Source: Mustelus asterias (Eukaryota). From it: 64,000 nucleotides of DNA. The position numbers and the translations under genes were made by a program. The stretch lies in the NCBI RefSeq assembly GCF_964213995.1, contig NW_027590121.1, positions 1,426,001 through 1,490,000 of the forward strand, given 5' to 3'. Positions within the stretch are counted from its first letter, which is position 1. Each line of letters opens with the position of its first letter. The notes under the pieces were generated by a model, which ran no database searches, was not told the origin of the DNA, and worked only from the letters and a program-made list of their open reading frames with translations. Shown here one piece after another: positions 25,916 through 37,490 of the stretch.

Positions 25916-26989
25916 CCTGGGTATTGACAATACCAGAATAAATAATAAGCATCGTCGGTATAGGTGCAGATTAAAGTGACATCTTCTCCCTCTGTCTGTG
26001 TGAGTGAGGATTCCCGCTGAGTAACAGAATCTCCATCGTTCAGATCGAGAACACAAGGTTAACAAACAAAAGTCATTGATTAAAAGTTCACTTGAAGCGA
26101 GGGTGAAAAATCAGTGTAACATAAAAGAAGGTATTAAATTCTAACACATTCACTCCAACTGATCTATCTCCCCTTTCACAATCCCTCAGAGAATCCTCCC
26201 TCCTGCCTCATCTCAAATACCTCTATCCCTTTCTACCTCAGCGGGTTCTCTAGTTTGCCCTCAAATGCATCGTTACTCCTCTCCTCAACAGTTCATTGTG
26301 TCAGTGTGAGTCACTTCTACAGAACTCTTTCAAAAAAAGTTTCTCTGTAATTCCCAGTTGATCTTTTTGTTTCACTTAGATTTATGGGACACAGATATGT
26401 AATTCTCCCCAGATGGAATCATCCTCTCCCCGTCCAGCACACTAAATCTCTTTGATTTGCTTTATTATTATTTAAATTGATTTGATCATCATTGTCCAGA
26501 AATCAGTCAGATTACCTGATTGTCTTCTCGTCCAGAGAGAGAGTAATCATAATTTTTATAATGCTTTCTGATAGCTCTCATCTTCCAACCCTGGTACCAT
26601 CTCTTTAAATCGCCTTTGCTGTGCGCTTTTAGAACCTGTTCTCCAAAAGACCAAAGCCACAAAGATTCATTTGTGCTCTAAGGCAGGTCTAATACTTGTT
26701 TAACACGAAAGTCCTGCTTTTCAAACTTATTCCTCCATAAATTAAACTCCCTTTTACTCTTTTTCAAGTTTCAAACTTCTTACCGACAATGAATGTCACC
26801 CAGAAAACAGCGAGAAGGGAGCTCCGCATCGCTGCTGCTGCTCCTGGATTCCCGAGACTTGTGTCTCCGAAAGTTGCAGAATATCGAACGAGATAAAGCT
26901 GAGAGCAGTGGATGTCACATCCTACAGAATCAATGGGAGGAAGAGCTGAGATCACTGGATCGAGAATTAAGAGAATATTAGATAACACC

Positions 26990-27497
26990 TGTGGTGAACC
27001 ATCGTTGGTTCCCACTAGGTAGTACTGAGCCAGGGTCTTGCCAGTACTACGAGTCTGTATATATGTTGCTGTTGGGGTTAGGGATGGGTTGTTCTACTTG
27101 TTCCATACTCTCTGTATCGTTTTCCTTTTTTTTAACGACGAGAGTTTAATTAATAGTAAATAAAATTGATGCGCGATATTACTCACGAGGCTTGAGATGC
27201 TCAAGGAAATAAAGGCTTTTATTTACTATTACAACGAAGCTACCATATATAGTACACGATCCCAGACTGAGGGGTCCCAAACAGAGCAGTGACCTTTATA
27301 CCTCTCCCAGGAGGCGGAGCCCGACTGGGATGTACCATAATAACTATAATACAGGTGTAACAGCCCAACCCTAACCCCAACAGTAACAAATAGAACAACC
27401 CATCCCTAACCCCAACAGCAACATATATACAGACTCGTAGTACTGGCCAGACCCTGGCTCAGTACTACCTAGTGGGAACCAACGATGGTTCACCACA
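26990..27497. mobile_element. 508-bp element with 113-bp terminal inverted repeats, TG...CA ends and 5-bp TSD ACACC
   Basis: 26990-27102 is the reverse complement of 27385-27497 with 2 mismatches. ACACC occurs at 26985-26989 and 27498-27502. Confidence 0.9.
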
Positions 27498-27652
27498 ACA
27501 CCATCTGCTTATTGGCTTATTGCTGACAGAGTCTTCAGGTGGTATCCAATCATCCCGTCGGCTCTACCCTAAATAGAAATGACTGTCTTCTTGAACCCGG
27601 GTCAAACCATTCGCGCAGGAGGAAACTTAATGGAGTTGTAAATACTCGCTGA

Positions 27653-27691
27653 GGTTTTTGTACGGGGTTTTAGCTTTAATCTAACGCTGTG
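27653..27691 (-). other. 23-RSS
   Basis: CACAGCG, 23-nt spacer, ACAAAAACC. Confidence 0.95.
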
Positions 27692-28225
27692 CCTCACTGC
27701 ACAGTAATAGACCGCCCCGTCCTGCACTCTGAGGGTGCTTATATTGAGGTAACCGTTCTGTTTAGACGCGTCAGAAGCCGCCAGATATCGTCCTGAAACT
27801 TCATCTTCCTTCACTGTTAATGCTTTGGTAATAATCCATGTCGCTGGTTGTGTCGGTTTCTGCTGATACCATTGCATGCTGTACATACCCTTGTCTGTAT
27901 ATTCACAACCCAACTGCACTGAATCCCCTTCTGATGCGGTTATTGGCAGCGATGACTGCTACTGGATCTGCGCACAGTCCGCCTGTGAAGGTAGAGGAAT
28001 GAAATATCAAGAGTTAATGTTTGTATCTGCGATTGTTTCCGCAGCACCCGCCCCTCCCCCCCCCCCCACCCCCACCTCCCCCACCCCACCTCCCCCACCC
28101 CCATTCACCCCTCACATCGATAATTGTGATGGTTAATTATATTACCATCTAATGTGTTTATCTGGCTTGATGTACGTTACCCAGTGCTTACCGTGCAAGA
28201 GCGCCGTCAGGAAGATCAGAAACAT
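27692..28225 (-). pseudogene. TCR alpha/delta-type V segment with a frameshift at the start of FR1
   Basis: Leader exon 28225-28192 (MFLIFLTALLH|G) and V exon 27982-27692. The leader frame reads GLCADPV, but the V frame (QSSLP...LGCEY...WYQQ...DGAVYYCAVR) is offset near 27960 (GTA G CAG). Confidence 0.85.
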
Positions 28226-28494
28226 GTCTGAGTGAATCTATCTCACTGAATGGGAACGGAGTGAGTCAGAGATTGAGAAGGAGAGAGGGAACCCGGGCTC
28301 TGTTCAGCTCATTGCAGTGAGTGTGTTTGTGAGAGTGTCAGTGTGCGTGGCTCAGTGTGAGTTTATGTGTCTGTGTTTGTGGGTGTTGGGGGGAGGGGGG
28401 GGGGGGGCTGTGTCTATTGTGACCTCACAAGCCTACCATCCATGCAGGTGTCAGTGATAATATCACGTGAGTTTCTGGCGCCCAGGCGAGAATG

Positions 28495-28513
28495 TGGCGC
28501 CCTCTGGTGGCGG
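28495..28513 (-). promoter_or_regulatory. CTCF motif in the V promoter region
   Basis: Minus strand CCGCCACCAGAGGGCGCCA, close to the vertebrate CTCF consensus. A CRE-like TGACCTCA lies at 28420-28427. Confidence 0.65.
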
Positions 28514-29147
28514 GTTCTGCGCGCTGGAATTAGGCTGTTGACTGGATTCCTCACTACAATACAGAACAAGACACACATGCTGCCGAAAAATCTAAATTAC
28601 GGCTCTTTAGACACGGTCTTTGTGACTGTTGATATTTATTTGGGAAAATGATGCTAAATCTGTGAAAATCATGGCTGGAGTTCGCTGTTCAAATCCTGGG
28701 ACGACAAAATCGGGAGATCGCCCATCCTTTGGACAAATTGGTTATAAATCAGAATAGTGTCAGGGATTAATAGACTAATTTGGTTTCTTTGGTTTATAAC
28801 AAGGAAGGTACGAAAAGTAACTTTATTGACCTGTTCAGAATGTTGCCCTTTTCAGAGAGTAAAATGTGGTATTATAACTCAATTTTAAAGTCACCTGTTC
28901 TTCTGTTTTAACTGCTGCGGACCGCGGCTGAGTGACAGAGTCTCCATGAGCCACATCTGGAAAAGTTTGCCTTTTCCAGAAGAGGTAGATTCATGAAAAA
29001 TGATTCTACACCCGAGGTGCAGTCTCAGATTTGAAAAAGGGAATAAATAAAAACGCGGAAGAATTTATCGTCGGAAATTGTCGAACACAAACATGAGTCT
29101 TGAAGATTCATAGGTGGGAAAAAGCTGCATTTTGTAGTTCCATATCT

Positions 29148-29166
29148 CTGCCACCAGAGGGCAGGA
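29148..29166 (+). promoter_or_regulatory. CTCF motif
   Basis: CTGCCACCAGAGGGCAGGA, preceded by TGTAGTTCC, which resembles the upstream CTCF module. Confidence 0.6.
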
Positions 29167-29601
29167 CGATACCATGTTGCGTTCAGGCTCGGGGCTATTT
29201 GCAGTCTCCAGTCGTGGCCAGTAACATTATTGAGAAAATGTAATTAAAAGAGCAAATGTCGGAACAGAAATATTTTAGCATTGATAGCAAACTTATATTG
29301 TTTCACGAGATATATTATGAGTTTTCAAAGTTGCTATTACTGTTGGTATACTGCAAATATTCTCGTTCGTTCAGCTTGGCACTCGGCATTCTTTGTGTAG
29401 CCTGACGGGTACTATGTGTACTTCATAGACAAAAGCGCCCAGTCGAGTTAGCAATATTGGGCGGATATTTTGCTGGAGCTTTAAATCCACAAATGCTGAT
29501 GTGGTGGATTATTTCAACAATGTCGGCTTTCACCAGAGATGGCTAAACTGCTTTGGCGAAAGAGAAATGAGCTATATTTTGCTTACGCTTGCTTTTGGGT
29601 A

Positions 29602-29692
29602 GGTTGGTTGGTCGAAGAGCATGATTATTGCTTCGGGTATTTTAGTCGATGAGACATGCGAGAGATCCCGGGTTCAAATCCTAAACGAGCCC
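29602..29692 (+). pseudogene. tRNA-Pro(CGG) pseudogene with a 19-nt intron
   Basis: Aligns to vertebrate tRNA-Pro (GGCTCGTTGGTC...GGGTTCAAATCCCGGACGAGCCC). The insertion 29638-29656 follows anticodon CGG plus G37. Several stem mismatches. Confidence 0.8.
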
Positions 29693-30250
29693 TTTAATTG
29701 CCTCCTTTTGACCAAGTCAGGTATTGTGATTTGTTTCGGGTGCAAACGGCGGGATTGCTTTCCGCTGGCCAACTCCGAAAAAGGATCATAGAGGCACAAA
29801 GTTTTACAGAACGGAAAGGGGCCCTTCGGCCCATCGTGTCCGGGTTGGCCATCTGACATCTGGACTGGAAACGTTAACTCTGTTTCTCGCTCCGCAGATA
29901 CTGCCAGAACTACTGAAATAACCCAGCATTTTCTGTTTTTATTTCAGATTTACAGAATCTGCAGTATACTGCATTATATACAAGCACATATATAAAGCCT
30001 AACAGAAGGCAGCATACTATATAACTATCTATCTAGATAGATCACTATGGGAGGAAACCGGAGCACCGGGAGGAAACTACAGGGAGAAAGTGCAAACTCC
30101 ACACATACTGTGACCCGAGGTCAAGAATTGAACCTGGGACCCTGGCGCTGTGAGGCAGCAGTGCTAACCCAAAATGCATCTTCCCAGAAACAGCCAGGGT
30201 CTATAAGAAATGCATTTGCCAGCGTTGGACACCTAACCGTTTGATATCTG

Positions 30251-30323
30251 CACTCCAGATGGGACTCGAGTCCACAACCCGTGGTTTATAAAGCCAGTAT
30301 CTTACCCATTACGGCAATGGGGT
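30251..30323 (-). pseudogene. Decayed tRNA-Arg(CCT)-derived pseudogene (anticodon now TAT)
   Basis: The 73-nt reverse strand aligns without gaps to vertebrate tRNA-Arg-CCT, with many substitutions including in the B box. Confidence 0.7.
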
Positions 30324-30699
30324 TGCATTCGTGCTATTGCTGCAGCTTGTAAAAGCTGCAAATCTTCATCATCACAGATAGTGACTAAGCCAGGAATCGA
30401 AACAACGTACTTGGCATGCTGAGGCAGCAGATCTAACCATTGTGGCGTCCTCTCCCACAAAATTCTATGAGATTCTGTAAATTGCAGATTTTGTTTATTT
30501 CTTTGCGGTGCAGATGAAGGGATTGGTTCTCATGGGGTTTAGTTTGAGAACCTGAGCACAAACTGCGGGGAATCTATCAGCACAACACACTCGATAGACA
30601 ATCAAGATACATTCAACAGGGTTGGCTATGCAACTGGACATTCATTTTATCCCCATTCACCTCTTCAGCTGACCCCATGACTGCGGGTTCGGGGAACTG

Positions 30700-31190
30700 G
30701 CTGGATGTTTCTTTTTGTTCATGTGGGTGTCGCTTGGTTAGATCAGCATGGACTGCCCATCAGTAATTACCCTTGAGAATGTGGTGATGACCTGTCTTCT
30801 TGAAACGTTGCAGTGTATTTGTGTAGGTACACCCACAGTGCTGTTAGGGAGAGAATTCCAGGGATTTATCCCAATGACAGTGAAGGAACGGTGATATATT
30901 TCCAAATCAGAATGCTGAGTGACTTGAGGTGCGGGGGCGGGGGGGGGGGGGGGGGGGGTATGCAGTGGATCGGGGGAGTGGGGGCAAACCTGCCAGTGGT
31001 AGTGGTCTTGGGTTTTGAAGGTGCTGTCTAATGTGCGTTTGGTGAATCCCTGCATCCTCCAGACAAGTGGAAAGTATTCTATCTCACTCCTGATTTGTGC
31101 CTTGTAGATCGTGGTCTGTTTTTTGGGAGTCAGGAGGTGAGTTATTCGCCGCAGGTTTCCCAGCCTCTGACCTGCTCTTGTCGCCACCTC
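30700..31190 (-). mobile_element. Old CR1/L2-type LINE 3' fragment
   Basis: RAGQRLGNLRRITHLLTP...TIYKAQIRSEIEYFPLVW and PWNSLPNSTV in ORF 30738..31265. Confidence 0.65.
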
Positions 31191-31587
31191 GAACTGATAA
31201 AATGTCTCCTGAGTCACAATAAGCGCATCTTCTTTCCTGTTCATTTTGTTGTGAATTTTCAGCACTTCTCTTTTTCCCTGAATGTATTTTTAGGCATAAC
31301 TAAGAGCCAATGTCTTTGATTGTAAGATATTCTACTCGGGTAATGTTCGGCAGTGGGTTCACAGAGGGAGTAGTTAGGGGTTGAGTCGTGTTACTGTCGC
31401 TGGAAATTAAACGCAGAGAAGCAGGCTGAATTCCAACACAGCAGATTGACTGAATTCAAGGGCCATTAGGGATGGCAGTAAATAAAATATTAATTAAGCA
31501 ACCTTTCCTCACTTAAACGTATTGGTTTCTGCCCGGCTTTGAACCGTCTGGCCAATATGTAGCAAATGTTGCAAATTCCCCGTATGT

Positions 31588-31660
31588 GGGCCAGTGGCGC
31601 AATGGATAACGCGTCTGACTACGGATCAGAAGATTCCAGGTTCGACTCCTGGCTGGCTCG
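31588..31660 (+). tRNA. tRNA-Arg(ACG), intact
   Basis: GGGCCAGTGGCGCAATGGATAACGCGTCTGACTACGGATCAGAAGATTCCAGGTTCGACTCCTGGCTGGCTCG, the canonical vertebrate sequence. A T4 terminator follows near 31669. Confidence 0.97.
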
Positions 31661-33059
31661 GTGTAAACTTTTAAAATAGTTCGTAAACTCCATTTCAGTT
31701 TCGATGAAAAAATGTATTTTCAGTAACTTTAAACCAATTCAGACAAATGTTTACTCAATCCAGTCACCTTCGATGAAGAAATTTATCTTAGGTCATTAAT
31801 TTTCAAAAGAAAGTTGGCCATTTTAAGTAAGATTCCACTGATAAACTTTCATTGAGTATGTTTAAATTATTTTCTTTAAATTACGAATTTTCGTGAAATT
31901 ATTTGGAAAAAGTATTTTAAGCTATCTTTTAAAAAGTTGGGAATTTCTAGATGAACAACGTGGAAATCTTACATTTTTCTGAATGGTGAAAATAGTTTCT
32001 AATAAGTTGATGAAAATTTGTAAAACTCTGCGGAGGAATTTGATTTAAATATGTTTCGTAGAAAGAAGTTCACAAAATACTCAAGTTCCATCGAAATGTT
32101 TTTTCAAAAGTTGAGAAATTCTACTTAAATTCCATTGAGGAATTTCTTTGAAGTAAGTTTAGGTTAGAAAAGTTCAAATTAGCGAGAAGGTTGTGGTTTA
32201 TGACCCTGAGATTATTCTCCATTTGAGTGAAGAAGATTGAGGAGTGATTTAATCGAGGTGGACTAAATTAGGACAAGTTTTGAGGGGGAAGAGGCAAATT
32301 TTAAGATTTTTGGCAAGGTGGGCGCAGAGAAGATTTGGAGGGAACATTTTTCCACAGCGAGCGCTGAGAACCAGAAACTCACTGCCTACGATAGTGTTAG
32401 ATGCAGTTAATTTAGGTAAAATAAATTCTGAGGCCGGAGATGGATTTCCTGAGAAAGGAGATGTTTCCAGGAACATTCTGAGGCAAGTATAAAGTTTATT
32501 TACTCGTCACAAGTAGGCTTACATTCATACTGAAATTAAGTTACTGTGAAATTCCCCGAGTCACCACACTCCAACGCCTGTTCAGAATCTCCTCGATGAT
32601 ATTGAATCGGGAAGATCAACCTGTGGAACCAAACCCCTTCCCCCGCCACCGCCCCCACCCGCTGCTGTGATGTTTGATAAGAACCCCGCTGATGTTAAAT
32701 ACGAGGCATCCCGAAATCAGAAAAGGTTATTTGAAACATTGGCTCTCAGTTGTGTATGTTTTCAATTTGATATAATATGAAAAGAGATGTGCAAAATATT
32801 GAAACTATCGAATTGGAACTTCCGACATTGTTACAACAACATTAACTTACTTGGTTTGGTTTGACCTAAAAAAAAAGAGGACAACAACATTAACTATTTC
32901 CCCTCACTGCCACCAGCTCCCACGCTGTGTAGGTTAAGGGGTGACCATTGCAGTGAATTCTCGTCTCTCTAAAAAAACAACTTGACTGATTCGCTGAAGC
33001 TGCTTTGACGTAATGAGTTGGAGAGCAAAGAGTCTGTGAGCTGATTGGATGAATTGGCC

Positions 33060-33172
33060 ATGATGTGGAGTTGCCTGCGTTGGACTGGGGTAGACACAAT
33101 AAGTAGTCTCACAACACCAGGTTAAATTTAGTAACACGAGCTTCTGGAGCGCTGCGCCTTCATCAGGTGACG
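33060..33172 (-). mobile_element. Penelope-like terminal fragment with mutated hammerhead core
   Basis: Matches 61917-62045 in reverse. Core CTGATGA is present but GAAA is changed to AGAA. Confidence 0.7.
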
Positions 33173-33189
33173 GATGAATTGGAGAACAG

Positions 33190-34155
33190 GAGACAAAGAA
33201 CAACAAAGAACAAAGAACAATACAGCACAGGAACAGGCCCTTCGGCCCTCCAAGCCCGCGCCGCTCCCTGGTCCAAACTAGACCATTCTTTTGTATCCCT
33301 TCATTCCCACTCCGTTCATGTGGCTATCGAGATAAGTCTTAAACGTTCCCAGTGTGTCCACCTCCACCACCTTGCCCGGCAGCGCATTCCAGGTCCCCAC
33401 CATCCTCTGTGTCAAATACGTCCTTCTGATATCCGTGTTAAACCTCCCCCCCCTTCACCTTGAACCTATGACCCCTCGTGAACGTCACCACCGACCTTGG
33501 AAAAAGCTTCCCACCGTTCACTCTATCTATGCCTTTCATAATTTTATACACCTCTATTAGGTCACCCCTCATCCTCCGTCTTTCCAGTGAGAACAACCCC
33601 AGTTTACCCAATCTCTCCTCATAACTAAGCCCTTCCATACCAGGCAACATCCTGGTAAACCTCCTCTGCACTCTCTCTAAAGCCTCAACGTCCTAATGGT
33701 AGTGTGGCGACCTGAACTGGGTGCAGTATTCCAAATGCGGCCGAACCAACGTTCTATACAACTGCAACATCAGACCCCAACTTTTATACTCTATGCCTCG
33801 TCCTATTAAGGCAAGCATGCCATATGCCTTATTCACTACCTTCTCCACCTGTGACGTCACCTTCAAGGATCTGTGGACTTGCACACCCAAGTCCCTCTTC
33901 GTATCTACACCCTTTCTGGTTCTGCCATTTATCGTATAGCTCCCCCCCTACGTTAGTTCTACCAAAATGCATCAATTCGCATTTATCTCGATTGAACTCC
34001 ATCTGCCATTTCTTTGCCCAAATTTCCAGCCTATCTACATCCTTCTGTAGCCTCTGACAATGTTCCTCACTATCTGCAAGTCCAGCCGTTTTCGTGTCGT
34101 CCGCAAACTTACTGATCACCCCAGTTACACCTTCTTCCAGATCGTTTATATAACC
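33190..34155 (-). mobile_element. CR1-type LINE 3' end with (TTCTTTG)n tail
   Basis: ORFs 33829..34176, 33693..33890 and 33438..33671. Same subfamily as the copies at 47928, 54292 and 56035. Confidence 0.92.
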
Positions 34156-34296
34156 GTGGAGCTGATTAGACGTCACCAGTTGATTCTTTCAGGAATGAAC
34201 CAATCGCTGGAGAGACCGGATATATATGAATATCTTCACAGAAACAATTACAGATTCACCCATTCTGTTTAATTCCGCAATAAACTTGCTGCAAAG

Positions 34297-34809
34297 ATGT
34301 AGGGTCTCGTTTTGTATTAAGTTCTCACTGTTTCAGCTCTCTTACTTGGTCAGCCAACAATTTACACAATCTTCCTCTTGCAAGCAACTTCGACATTAAT
34401 TTAATTTCACTTTGTTGCTAATTACAATGTGATCCGTTCCCTAATGCTATTATTTACAATCAAATGATAATGACATCTTAACGCTTGATGTTTCTAAATT
34501 TCTGCAGGTGTCATTGCTGCAGACTCGATCTCACAGGAGCCGGTGATAGCGATGAAGTTTAAAGGAGACTCGGTGCCCATTAAGTTCAACTGCTCAGCAA
34601 CTGGTGCATATTATATTCAATTTTACCGCCAGGACAGGGAGAAAGCTCCCACCTTCTTGATCCACACTCCCAATTATGGAGGTATTTCCAGTGCCGAGGA
34701 CGTGGGGCTCCGATTTTCTGTATCCATCGACAGGTCCAAAAGCAAGGGGAAGCTCACCACCCGTGAGCTGTGGCTGTCTGATAGCGCGGTGTATTGCTGG
34801 GGACTGAGA
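34297..34809 (+). pseudogene. TCR alpha/delta-type V pseudogene
   Basis: Leader 34297-34348 has two stops (M*GLVLY*VLTVSALLL|G). V exon from 34508 reads ADSISQEP...KFNC...FYRQ...SDSAVYCW, with both canonical Cys lost. RSS 34810-34848 is AACAGTG, 23 nt, ATAAATAAA (CAC broken). Confidence 0.85.
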
Positions 34810-35936
34810 AACAGTGACAGAAACCAGAGGGAGCCTCGTATAAATAAAACTGCCGCAGAGTGACAGGGTGAATGGAGCAGCGAATGGTAAAATTCTTTAT
34901 ACGCAGCATGATTCACTCTGTGGTCCCTGTATACATTTTCAGTATTGCTGATATTGACAACAGGAGAGTCGATGGCTTTATGGTATTCGCGCGAGGTTAT
35001 TCAGAAACTCAGCTAATGTTGTGCGGACCCGATTCAATGAAAACAATATATATAATTAAGAATCTACTGATGACCATGAAACCATTGTCGGAAAAAACAA
35101 TCTTGTTCAATAATGTACTTAAGGGAAGGAAACCTGCCGTCCTTACCTGGTCCGGCCTACGTGTGACTCCAGAGGCACAGCAATGTGGTTGGCTCTCAAC
35201 TCGTGATGGGGAATAAATGCTGGCCAACCAGTGGCACCCATGTCAGACACACAGAAAAAGGAAATCACTGGAATCTCTGTTGAAACTGTCCTGATAATAA
35301 GGCTAATGGACATATTGAGGAAAAGCAATGATATAATTATTTAGCCTTCCTTAACTTCCGTGTCACAATAAGAAAATAAGCAGTTTTTTGTAGAATGTCA
35401 ATTATTGAGCATGTTCAAAAAATTCAGTAGCTTCATGGAGCATCATCACATCAAGGGTTATGCAGATAGCGCTGGAAAGTGGCGTTCAGGCTGATCAGCC
35501 CCGATCTAACTGAATGGCGACACCAAATCGAAGGACCGAATGGCCGACTGCTGCTCCCATGTTCTTTTACCCCATTTTTCGATATTCCTCCCCAAGTCAA
35601 TCGCTAAATCTGGAAGTTCTCGCTGTAGGATAGTGACTTTACTGTTAGTTTGTTTACTGTCCGTTATCTCACCACTTGGGTGTCACACAGCACCACTGGG
35701 GACAGTTGAAATACTGTGTACAGTTCTGGTCACTGTACTAAATTAGAAAGAGTGCAGAAATTATCTACTAGGATGTACGCTTTACAATGAACGCTTTAAA
35801 AATTTGAAGTTCAAGATAAGTTAGTAAATTGAAAGTGACGGTTTTCTTCTTGAATTGACTGACATGGGCTTTCAGTCGAAACACAGTGCAGTTGAACATT
35901 GCAGATAGGCCGGTTTGCTGGAGTGTGCAGTCTTCT

Positions 35937-36009
35937 GTTTCTGTGGTGCTGTGGTTATCACGTTTGCCTCACACGCGAAAAGTCAACGGTTCGAAACCGG
36001 CCAGAAGTA
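35937..36009 (+). pseudogene. tRNA-Val(CAC) pseudogene
   Basis: Aligns to GTTTCCGTAGTGTAGTGGTTATCACG...CACACGCGAAAGGTCCCCGGTTCGAAACCGGGCGGAAACA, with acceptor- and T-stem mismatches. Confidence 0.8.
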
Positions 36010-36976
36010 CTGTTGGATTTATCTCGTTGAGCGTGAGCTAAATCTGCAGAATTGAAGTTCATTGCTCTATATTATGTGAATCTCCATGTTACGTCAACTG
36101 AAATGTTTTTCGGAAAATCAGAATTGCTGTATTTTAGGATGCAAAAGCAGGAAATAAATGTATGTACTGCTTATACACATATTCGCAACTCGTTCAATCC
36201 ACAACAGAATTTAATGGCTTCAGAGATGCAGACTAACATAGTTAATTACCATCTGAAACATGTCTATTAGTATTGTGTGCTCATAAAGACAGACACAAGT
36301 GAAACTGTAACTGAACTAGAGGAAATGGCGCACATTTCCCAGCAGCATCTTTTTAAAATTGTTCTTCATGATAAAGGAATGGGAAAAACCACTCAGACAG
36401 ATGAGGAGATCGGGAATCAGTGGGGACCTCCTAGAGATGAACGAGATTTAGGCGCCAGAATGTTTCACACGCGGAATAAAGAGGCATCAAGTAGAACGAA
36501 TAGATCATTCTTAAATCTCTTCCCTTGAAATGAATTGGATTTTGTTTGAAAGATGAGTGTGGTCATTCTCAAATAAGCACCATGGGATGAGTATTATCCA
36601 GTGACTCGATTTATTTTGTTTGTTAGTCATGTTTGCAATTGAATGTTGTATATTTCAGAGAGGTTCAATTCAGAATGAGGGCATCTGTGTTAAATAAAAG
36701 TATTGAAATTAAATGTTGAATAACTACAAATGCAGGATATAACTGGTTGAACGTATTCTACGAAGATGAGATGATTGAGCAGAAATCATTGCTCCCTTTG
36801 ACATTTGACAGACGAACGCTTTTTAAGTTTTGAAGTTCAAGATAAATTGAGATATCAGGTTGAAAGTAACGGATTTGTTCTTGTATTGGTCCTTCAATCT
36901 TACCGTCTGAACCGGCAGCAACACAGTGGAGTGAAATATTGTAGTCAAGCCAATTAGCGAGTCGGTGCTGTCTCTT

Positions 36977-37049
36977 GTCCCTGTAGCATAGTGGTTATCA
37001 CGTTCGCCTAACACGTGAAAGGTCCCCGATCTGAAAACGGGCAGAAACA
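36977..37049 (+). pseudogene. tRNA-Val(AAC) pseudogene
   Basis: Same alignment as above; B box damaged (gatctgaaa). Confidence 0.8.
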
Positions 37050-37490
37050 TTCATTAGCTTTTCTCATGAAGGGTGAGTGAAATCTGAATGATTTCAGTTG
37101 GTTGCTGAACATTATCCGAATCTCGATGTTAAAGCCACGTTATCTTTGCTCTGACCTCGGCCTCAAATGCTTTCTGTAAAATAAGAAATGCTGATTTTTT
37201 TGACGCATTGAGAGGAAAGAAAGGTTTCGTTTTGACACTCTGCACATGTTAGCATTTCGTTCAGTCTCCAGTAGAATTTAATGGGTTTATAGGCGCAGAC
37301 GAACATAGTTAATTACCATCTGAAACATGTCTAATAGTAGTGTGTGCTCAAAAAGACAGACACAAGTGATATTGTAAATGAACTACAGGAAATAGCACAC
37401 ATTTCCCAGAAGAATCTTTTTTAAATCAAAATAAATAAATAACAAAGAATTAGGAATAACCACTCAGACAGATGAGGAAATCGAGACTCA

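Noticed and set aside
26769-26981. 62-aa helical ORF after an acceptor-like site (death-fold-like?)
   Set aside because: I cannot assign it to a family by eye; it needs blastx.
31670-32180. AT-rich quasi-periodic tract downstream of tRNA-Arg
   Set aside because: No consistent repeat unit could be defined by eye.
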